Assembly (NCBI GenBank): GCA_964508655.1
Contig: CAZDUO010000005.1
Span: 34,650 to 98,649 of the forward strand
Direction of reading: 5' to 3'
Source of the DNA: an uncultured Chitinophaga sp.
GTDB lineage: Bacteria; Bacteroidota; Bacteroidia; Chitinophagales; Chitinophagaceae
Length of the DNA stretch: 64,000 nt
Positions within the stretch are counted from its first letter, which is position 1. Every line of letters begins with the position of its first letter. Position numbers and translations under genes: made by a program. This document shows positions 52,793 through 59,902 of the stretch, in pieces. The notes under the pieces are model-generated. The model ran no database searches. It saw nothing but the letters and a program-made list of their open reading frames with translations, and was not told where the DNA came from.

Positions 52793-53389
52793 ATGAAAAA
52801 GCTCGCCGTTGTGACAAGCCTTCTGTTATCCCTCGTTGTAATTAGTTTATCCGCCTATCCACAAACCAGTGAATGGACGGAAAGAAAAGCTAAAAAATGG
52901 TTTAAGAAAAAAGAATACCTGAATGGGTTAAAAGCCACTCCGCATGTAGCTATTAATAAAGTGGAATTTGCCAGGCAATACCACCTCAACAAAATATTTT
53001 GGGTTAAAGCCTTTGCTTTTTTAAGAGACACCAATTTAATAACGTTGAAAAATGGCCGGCATACTATTGACGGGGATAACGTGTATGCTATAGTTTCCGA
53101 AGCGCCTACAAAGGATTACGATAAAACTGCATTTGAATCGCATAAAAATTACATTGACCTGCAATATGTAATAACCGGTGAAGAAAATATGGGAAGGACT
53201 CCTGTGGAATCTTTAAAGGTTGACAAAGCTTACAATGAAAAGGCTGATATTGCCTACTATACAGGAGACGGAAAAATTTATACGGTGCCAGCAAACAATT
53301 TTCTTCTTTTTTTTCCTGGCGAAGCTCACCGGCCAAATATTACTCCGGGTGGAAATAAAGTAGTGAAAAAGGTAGTTATAAAAATATGA
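52793..53389 (+). CDS. YhcH/YjgK/YiaL (DUF386, EbgC-like cupin) family protein carrying a signal peptide
   Basis: 198 aa with a signal peptide (MKKLAVVTSLLLSLVVISLSAYPQ). Family motifs: FESHKNYIDLQYVITGEENMG and FFPGEAHRPN. Confidence 0.7.
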   Translation: MKKLAVVTSLLLSLVVISLSAYPQTSEWTERKAKKWFKKKEYLNGLKATPHVAINKVEFARQYHLNKIFWVKAFAFLRDTNLITLKNGRHTIDGDNVYAIVSEAPTKDYDKTAFESHKNYIDLQYVITGEENMGRTPVESLKVDKAYNEKADIAYYTGDGKIYTVPANNFLLFFPGEAHRPNITPGGNKVVKKVVIKI

Positions 53390-53452
53390 GCGGCTTAGGT
53401 GTAATTTTTATTCAGAATCAGGTACACAATAAAAACAGCAAATCTGAATATC

Positions 53453-54877
53453 ATGGGTATGAAAAAAATAGTTTTGCTCAGTTCGTTTCTGTTATTACTA
53501 ACATGCATTTCAAAACTATTTGCCATTATCCGGCTGCCGCCCATTATGAGCAGCAATATGGTGCTGCAGCAAAATTCACAGGCAACATTATGGGGATGGG
53601 CAAGCCCGACTGAGCGGTTTGTTATTATCTCCTCATGGAAGAATACAGTTGATTCCGTAACGGCATTAAATACCGGAAAGTGGAAAGCAAAAATCAGCAC
53701 GCCGGCAGCAGGCGGACCTTATACCATTACGATCAAAGGCCGGTTCAATACAATTGTATTGGAAAATATTCTGATTGGTGAAGTTTGGATTTGTTCCGGC
53801 CAGTCAAATATGGAAATGAGCAATACCAAACAAATACAGGACGAGCTGCCCACCTGCAAGAATGATAATATACGTTTCTTCACTGTATTCAAAAAAACTT
53901 CTGAATTTCCGCAGGATCATTGCGAAGGTGAATGGGTATCCTGCAACGAAGAAACATTACGGCGATTCAGCGCTGCAGGCTATTTTTTTGGAAAAAAATT
54001 GCATACTGAGCTGAATAATGTTCCTATAGGTCTTATTCAGTCAGCCTGGAGCGGAACCCCGGTGGAATTGTGGGAACCTGCTGAAGTACTCGACAGTGAT
54101 CCTGAAATGAAAGAAGCTGCTGCTAAAATAAGAGATGTGACCTACCGGCCCAATAAGCCCGGGTATATTTATAATGCAATGATCTACCCAATCTCCCATT
54201 ACACCATTGCCGGTGTTATCTGGTACCAGGGTGAGGGGAATACAGCAAGAGCCGGCACCTACGAAAAAATGTTTACAGGCATGATCGGCGCCTGGCGAAA
54301 ACAGTTTGAACAGGATTTTCCTTTTTATTACGTGCAAATTGCCCCCTATACTTATGAAACCCCTTATGAAGCGGCTTTGCTGATGGAACAGCAAACCCGT
54401 TCGCTATCTTATCCGAAAACCGGCATGGTAGTAATCACCGATCTTGTTGATAACATCAAAGACCAGCATCCGAAAGACAAATTAAATGTGGGTTTGCGTT
54501 TAGCCAATATTGCATTGGCAGAAACATACAAGCTAAATATACCTACGCCTGTTTACAAAAATCCAAAGTATAAAAGAATGGAAGTAAGTAAAGGGAAAGT
54601 AAACCTGTATTTTGACAATGCGCCCAATGGTTTTATGGTACAAGGAGATAGTGCAGCTACTGAATTTCTCATTGCAGGAAGTGATCAATACTTTTTGCCG
54701 GCTGAGGTAAAACTGGAAAAAGACAGGATCGTTGTCTCAAACAAACAGATCTCCAATCCGGTTGCAGTCCGGTTTTCTTTCAGCAATACCGGCATGTCGA
54801 ATGTGTTTAACAAAGAAGGATTACCTATTATTCCCTTCCGGACGGATAACTGGGAAGTAATACCGGTGAAACAGTAA
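53453..54877 (+). CDS. sialate-O-acetylesterase-like (SASA/SGNH) carbohydrate esterase, second copy
   Basis: 474 aa with a signal peptide. Motifs seen: GEVWICSGQSNME, GVIWYQGEGN, DQHPKDKLNVGLRLA. It is collinear with the 38056 gene but lacks its inserted sandwich domain. Confidence 0.82.
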   Translation: MGMKKIVLLSSFLLLLTCISKLFAIIRLPPIMSSNMVLQQNSQATLWGWASPTERFVIISSWKNTVDSVTALNTGKWKAKISTPAAGGPYTITIKGRFNTIVLENILIGEVWICSGQSNMEMSNTKQIQDELPTCKNDNIRFFTVFKKTSEFPQDHCEGEWVSCNEETLRRFSAAGYFFGKKLHTELNNVPIGLIQSAWSGTPVELWEPAEVLDSDPEMKEAAAKIRDVTYRPNKPGYIYNAMIYPISHYTIAGVIWYQGEGNTARAGTYEKMFTGMIGAWRKQFEQDFPFYYVQIAPYTYETPYEAALLMEQQTRSLSYPKTGMVVITDLVDNIKDQHPKDKLNVGLRLANIALAETYKLNIPTPVYKNPKYKRMEVSKGKVNLYFDNAPNGFMVQGDSAATEFLIAGSDQYFLPAEVKLEKDRIVVSNKQISNPVAVRFSFSNTGMSNVFNKEGLPIIPFRTDNWEVIPVKQ

Positions 54878-54903
54878 AAAACGTTGCCGTTTCAGGTAAT
54901 ACA

Positions 54904-55899
54904 TTATTTCATTTTTACTCTCAGCAAAAACTGCGTGGCGGTTATAAACAGAGTTTTATTATCGGGAGTTAATGCACAGTTGGAAGCCGATACGCCATTG
55001 ATCTTAATTTTTCCGATCAGCTTACCGGCTTTGGAAAATATCCAGATGCCGCCCGGGCCGGTGGCAAACACATTTCCCTTCTTATCTATCTTAAGACCAT
55101 CACATAGTCCTCCGCCTTTTTCATTGCTTACATCATAAAATAATGCAGCATTCGTCAATGAGCCATCTGAAGAAACATCATAAGTGTGCCACATTTTTTT
55201 CCGGTTATCAGAATTGGCCACCAATAATTTTTTTCCGCCCGGAAACATGGCAATACCATTTGGCGACTCAATGGAGTCAATTAACAAGGTAATATTACCC
55301 GACTTATCCATTCTGTACACACCCTGCATTGTAAGATCTTTAACCGGATCTCTGGTACCTCTTTCAAATCCATAAGCCGGATCGGTGAAATAAACGTCGC
55401 CATCCGTTGTAACATAAAGATCGTTTGGGCTATTCAGTCTTTTACCCTGGTAAGTACCGGCAACTGTAATAAATTTTGACTGCGGTGCATTAAGTGGTGC
55501 ATCCATCATGGCCACCCTCCTGTCCCCATGCTGGCAAACCAGTAATTTACCATCCTGTGAAAGTGCTAATCCGTTTGGCCCCATAAACCCGCCTCTTTTT
55601 ATGGTATCTGTATAACCTCCGGGTTTTACATACACTTCTTTGCCTTTAGCTTCCGTCCATTTATAAATTGTATTTCCCGGCACATCAGACACCAAAAGCA
55701 TTTTTTCTTTCTCTATCCACAACGGTCCTTCTGTAAATTGAAACCCTTCCGCAATAATTTCAACTTTCGCATCTTTCTTTATCAGTTTGGAAAGTTCTTT
55801 TGAAACAAACTCAATAGTACGGGTGCCGGGTTTTATTTCCTGTGTATGCCCGGAAATAATATATCCAAGTGCAAGCAAAAGAAATGTAATCTTCGTCAT
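54904..55899 (-). CDS. SMP-30/gluconolactonase/LRE family lactonase, secreted
   Basis: 331 aa with a signal peptide. Motifs seen: FTEGPLWIEKEKMLLVSDVPGNTIYKW, GPNGLALSQDGKLLVCQHGDRRV, LNSPNDLYVTTDGDVYFTDP, PNGIAMFPGGKKLLVANS. Confidence 0.85.
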   Translation of the reverse strand: MTKITFLLLALGYIISGHTQEIKPGTRTIEFVSKELSKLIKKDAKVEIIAEGFQFTEGPLWIEKEKMLLVSDVPGNTIYKWTEAKGKEVYVKPGGYTDTIKRGGFMGPNGLALSQDGKLLVCQHGDRRVAMMDAPLNAPQSKFITVAGTYQGKRLNSPNDLYVTTDGDVYFTDPAYGFERGTRDPVKDLTMQGVYRMDKSGNITLLIDSIESPNGIAMFPGGKKLLVANSDNRKKMWHTYDVSSDGSLTNAALFYDVSNEKGGGLCDGLKIDKKGNVFATGPGGIWIFSKAGKLIGKIKINGVSASNCALTPDNKTLFITATQFLLRVKMK

Positions 55900-55974
55900 A
55901 AATTTTTATTTATAAATAAATGCAGCCAACTGCTGCCGGAAATAAATACTGGTTGTTGGCATATGTATGTCCGC

Positions 55975-57924
55975 TTACAAATAATTCACAAACCCCTCCA
56001 TATTCGTCCGTATTTTATACACCTTACTATAGCTTACAATATAAAGTGTTTTCATATCAGCATCGCCAAAACAAAGACTAACCGGGAAGGAAGGCAGATT
56101 AATCATACCAAGAAATTCCCCTTTGGCGTTAAATATCTGAACACCATAAAAAGTGGCAACATACAGATTGCCCTGTTTATCAATTGCCATACCATCAGCG
56201 CTGGTAGACCGGGCTTTTCTGTCAAGTACATTCTCCGTCAAAAATAATTTTGCAAACTTCCGGCCATTGCTGATTGTTCCGTCAGCATTTACATCATAAG
56301 CCCAGATGAAATTATCTTTTTCACTGCTTACCGGATACCAGGATTCATCATCAATGCAATTGTTGATGTAAAGTGTTTTGCCATCCGGTGATAATACAAT
56401 GCCATTGGGCATGGCAAATTCATTAGGGTTGGTCAATCGGGTTACTTTTCCTTCCGGCGAAACATAATACACAGCCCGGCCCGGTTGAAATTTTTCAGGC
56501 TCCATTGTAAACTGCGGGTCGGTAAAATATACACCACCCTTTGCATCGGTCACAATATCATTGGGTCCGTCAATAGGTTTACCCTCGTACTTATCAGCAA
56601 TAACTTTTACCACTTCTCCCTTTGTTGTCATTTCCACTACCCGATGCCCCATCATATCGCAAACAAGCAGGTTCCCGTTTTTATAAGGATACAATCCATT
56701 GGTCTGCATTTTACCTTCAGTAATATTTTTATAACTGCCATTGGGGTTTAATTCTACTGTTGAACTTTTCTTCGGGCTTGCTCCCCAGTTCTGGTCGAAA
56801 TACATATTTGAAAAATAAATCTTCCCATTTATCCATTTGGGTCCTTCACTGAAGTTTAATTCGGGTTTTGTTTTTTTACCATCCACAATTAATTCCAATC
56901 TGGCATCTTCAGGAATAATGGACCGGTAAGCTGCCATTCTTGTTTTTTCTTTTTCAAGGTAATCCGTTCGAGCCGGCCAGAAAATATCCAAAGCATCGCA
57001 ACCCAACTCGCCAATCTTTGCACCATGCACCATATTGGCAGAAATACGCACTACATCACCCGCCTTCATCGGCTGTTCACCATCAAGCAGAATTTCATCA
57101 CAGGCGCCACGCAAACCGAACATCATTTGCTCCTCGGGATGTATATGATGCGGAAATACAGAATTGGGCTCCATAGAAATAAAACTCAGCTGCATATTCT
57201 TTCCTGAAATTAATCTTGAAGAAGCTCCCGGCGCCAGTTCAGTTAGCTGCATATCGTAGAGATTGTAAACAATCCCGGGCTTTACATTTGGTTCAAGTGT
57301 TGTATTGATATCAGCAAATTCAGCAGGAATATTTTTAAGTCCTGCTTTCTCAAGATAATCCGAACGCAAGGGGCTGTACAATTCCAGCAACCTGGCTCCT
57401 GATGCACCGGCCGTCAAAGCATTCTTAGTTCCTTTTTCGAGAAATACAAAATCCGTTTGCGGTGTAATGCTATGTATTCCATCCGGCGATTCTCTCTTCA
57501 ATCCGGTCATTGTCACAAAAGACCCATTTATTAACTGACTAACCGAACCTTCCAAAACAAACAGGAACCTGTCTGCCGGCAACACTTCTTCGGGGATTTT
57601 TGCACCAGGGTCAAGAGAAAGTGTACATACCAGTATTCCGCTTCCCCAAAACATTTTTGAGTTTACGCCGGTGTACAGCATTACGTTTGTCAAACTATCC
57701 ATGCTGGTTACTTTTGCCGCTTCGAGATTCGAGGTTAAGTTCTGCACGGGAAGACCCGGAATTTTTCTTTCCGTCAGATTATACTGCCCGATCAGCTTTT
57801 TGTTCTTAGTTACCCATCCGGGTTCAGAGCCGGCATCGGAACTGCAATTTGTGAGTACAAGTAAAATCGCACCAAGAAAGCCGCCGTAAATGGTTTTAGC
57901 CGCTAATAAGGATTGCATACTCAT
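55975..57924 (-). CDS. fusion lipoprotein: N-terminal bicupin + C-terminal SMP-30/gluconolactonase six-bladed propeller
   Basis: 649 aa with a lipobox (ILLVLTNCSS). Cupin 2 has a metal motif: FPHHIHPEEQMMFGLRGACDEILLDG...ANMVHGAKIG. From about residue 355 it reads FSEGPKWINGKIYFSNM ... GPNDIVTDAKGGVYFTDP ... PNGIVLSPDGKTLYINN ... ADGMAIDKQGNLYVA, a lactonase propeller. Confidence 0.75.
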   Translation of the reverse strand: MSMQSLLAAKTIYGGFLGAILLVLTNCSSDAGSEPGWVTKNKKLIGQYNLTERKIPGLPVQNLTSNLEAAKVTSMDSLTNVMLYTGVNSKMFWGSGILVCTLSLDPGAKIPEEVLPADRFLFVLEGSVSQLINGSFVTMTGLKRESPDGIHSITPQTDFVFLEKGTKNALTAGASGARLLELYSPLRSDYLEKAGLKNIPAEFADINTTLEPNVKPGIVYNLYDMQLTELAPGASSRLISGKNMQLSFISMEPNSVFPHHIHPEEQMMFGLRGACDEILLDGEQPMKAGDVVRISANMVHGAKIGELGCDALDIFWPARTDYLEKEKTRMAAYRSIIPEDARLELIVDGKKTKPELNFSEGPKWINGKIYFSNMYFDQNWGASPKKSSTVELNPNGSYKNITEGKMQTNGLYPYKNGNLLVCDMMGHRVVEMTTKGEVVKVIADKYEGKPIDGPNDIVTDAKGGVYFTDPQFTMEPEKFQPGRAVYYVSPEGKVTRLTNPNEFAMPNGIVLSPDGKTLYINNCIDDESWYPVSSEKDNFIWAYDVNADGTISNGRKFAKLFLTENVLDRKARSTSADGMAIDKQGNLYVATFYGVQIFNAKGEFLGMINLPSFPVSLCFGDADMKTLYIVSYSKVYKIRTNMEGFVNYL

Positions 57925-58100
57925 GTTTGTTTTGGTTTAACAGAAGGAAAAGTAGGAAGTTAATTTGGTGCATCAAATTTACGCTTGTCTGTTCAGAGAT
58001 AGTTTGTAAATTGACATCAACTTTTTTATTAATGACTGTTAGTACTGCTAATTCTTCGCTCCTATACTATCTGGATAAATTAAACCTAAATATAAATGAT

Positions 58101-58439
58101 ATGAAATACTTATTTACCTGGCTATTGCTTTTAGGAGGCTTAGCCGTTTTTGCACAAACCTCCATTGATGGCAACTGGAAAGGAACCCGCGAAACGCCAA
58201 ACGGCACTTTTGAAGTGAACTATACTTTTAAAGTGGAAGGAACTGAATTGAAAGGAACATGGAAAACCCAATTTGGAGAAGCCCCTTTGGAAAACGGAAA
58301 ATTTGATGGTAAAAAATTAACTTTTACTATTTCCTTCAACGATGTAACCATCAACAGCACGGGGGAAGTAATCAATGAAAACGAAATCCTGTTAAAAAAC
58401 GAAAGAGGTGAAATGAAGCTTACCCGTGTGAAATCGTAA
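58101..58439 (+). CDS. small secreted protein of unknown function (112 aa, beta-rich)
   Basis: I place the start at MKYLFTWLLLLGGLAVFAQT (ATG at 58101). The mature part has alternating beta-strand-like repeats (GNWKGTRETPNGTFEVNYTFKVEGTELKGTWKTQFGE...GKFDGKKLTFTISF). The track ORF start at 57927 adds 58 implausible codons. Confidence 0.55.
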   Translation: MKYLFTWLLLLGGLAVFAQTSIDGNWKGTRETPNGTFEVNYTFKVEGTELKGTWKTQFGEAPLENGKFDGKKLTFTISFNDVTINSTGEVINENEILLKNERGEMKLTRVKS

Positions 58440-58840
58440 GTTTCATTTAACAGGTTAAATTATTTTCTCCTGGACTTACTGTTTCAAATTATGTTCTGAT
58501 TTAAAAAAAAATTATATCCTGATAAATCTTTTACGCTGACTGCATCAACCTCTTTTAAATTACAGCCGTGAAAATTTAATCAATGCCTGAAAAAGGGTTA
58601 GTTGAAGGTTTAGAAAATCACCATTGTTTGCAAATATTTTCCGGATCATATCTGCAGCACCAATGGATATAATACACGTTTAAATGTAACAAAAGATAAA
58701 TAGCAACCCCGGTATGAATTAAGTATCATTAATAGCCAGATCAACGTGCAGAAAAATAATTCAAGACTGATGTATTAAATAGTAATGGATTTGTACCGGG
58801 TAAATGTTATAAGTAAAAAAAGGTAATCGCCTCTAAGTAA

Positions 58841-59857
58841 ATGAAAACACTTGTCTGCAAAGAGCCTGGAAAACTGGAATACTCCGGGGGAATCATGCCG
58901 CGTTTACAAAATAATCATTCCATTATAAAAATTAAACGAGTTGGTATCTGCGGCACAGACCTGCATGCCTTTGAAGGCACGCAGCCTTTTTTCAGCTATC
59001 CCCGTATTTTAGGTCATGAACTGGCCGGCGAGTTGATTGATTGTGATAATGCCCCCGGCTTTCAGAAAGGGGAAACTGTAACTTTTATTCCCTATTTTAA
59101 CTGTGGAGTTTGTGTTGCCTGCCGAAACGGGAAACCCAATAGTTGTGTACAACTGAAAGTATGCGGAGTGCATACAGATGGAGGTATGGCAGAATACCTT
59201 TCTGTTCCATCTCATTCATTACTGCACGGTGAGGGTTTAAGCTTTGATGAATTGGCATTGGTGGAGCCATTGGCCATCGGCGCACATGCTGTGAGCAGGG
59301 CAAATGTTGCAACGGGAGAATTTGTTCTGGTAGTTGGGGCGGGCCCTATTGGTTTAGGAATAATGGAATTTGCCGGAATAGCAGGCGGAACGGTCATTGC
59401 ATTGGATATTAACCCCGGGCGGTTGCAATTCTGTAAGGAAAAACTCAACGTCGCTTACACTATCAACGCTTTGACAGAAAATGTTTCCGGCCGGTTAAAA
59501 AAAATAACCAATGGCGACATGCCAACTGTCGTTATTGATGCAACAGGCAGTTTAAAAGCGATCAATGTTGCATTTCAATATATGGCCCATGGAGCCCGGT
59601 ATATACTGATCGGTTTGCAAAAAGGTGATATTTCATTCAACCACCCGGAATTCCATAAGAGAGAGGCTGCATTGATGAGCAGCCGGAATGCAACCCGTGA
59701 AGATTTTCAAAAGGTAATTGCAGCTATAAAAAAAGGGGATGTTAACCCTCTTAAATACATAACTCATCGTGTGAGCTTTGATAATGTAATCAACGAATTT
59801 AAAAACTGGCTTGATCCGGAAAATGGTGTAATTAAAGCTATGGTTGAAATAAACTGA
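58841..59857 (+). CDS. zinc-dependent medium-chain dehydrogenase, L-galactonate-5-dehydrogenase (LgoD/YjjN)-like
   Basis: 338 aa with no signal peptide. Motifs seen: GICGTDLHAFEGTQPFFSYPRILGHELAGE (catalytic Zn), a structural-Zn Cys cluster CGVCVACRNGKPNSC, and GAGPIGLG Rossmann. The LgoD-like assignment is from motif memory. Confidence 0.7.
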   Translation: MKTLVCKEPGKLEYSGGIMPRLQNNHSIIKIKRVGICGTDLHAFEGTQPFFSYPRILGHELAGELIDCDNAPGFQKGETVTFIPYFNCGVCVACRNGKPNSCVQLKVCGVHTDGGMAEYLSVPSHSLLHGEGLSFDELALVEPLAIGAHAVSRANVATGEFVLVVGAGPIGLGIMEFAGIAGGTVIALDINPGRLQFCKEKLNVAYTINALTENVSGRLKKITNGDMPTVVIDATGSLKAINVAFQYMAHGARYILIGLQKGDISFNHPEFHKREAALMSSRNATREDFQKVIAAIKKGDVNPLKYITHRVSFDNVINEFKNWLDPENGVIKAMVEIN

Positions 59858-59902
59858 TCCCAAATATGAAATGATGATTTTTTTCCCGGTAATTATACAA
59901 TT

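Noticed and set aside
57927-58100. 58-codon extension of the small secreted protein ORF, and the similar 5' extensions at 44484-44558, 50077-50148, 43274-43300, 8756-8812 and 15912-15962
   Set aside because: In each case an internal Met immediately precedes a canonical signal peptide. The extension either overlaps the upstream gene or uses a TTG start.
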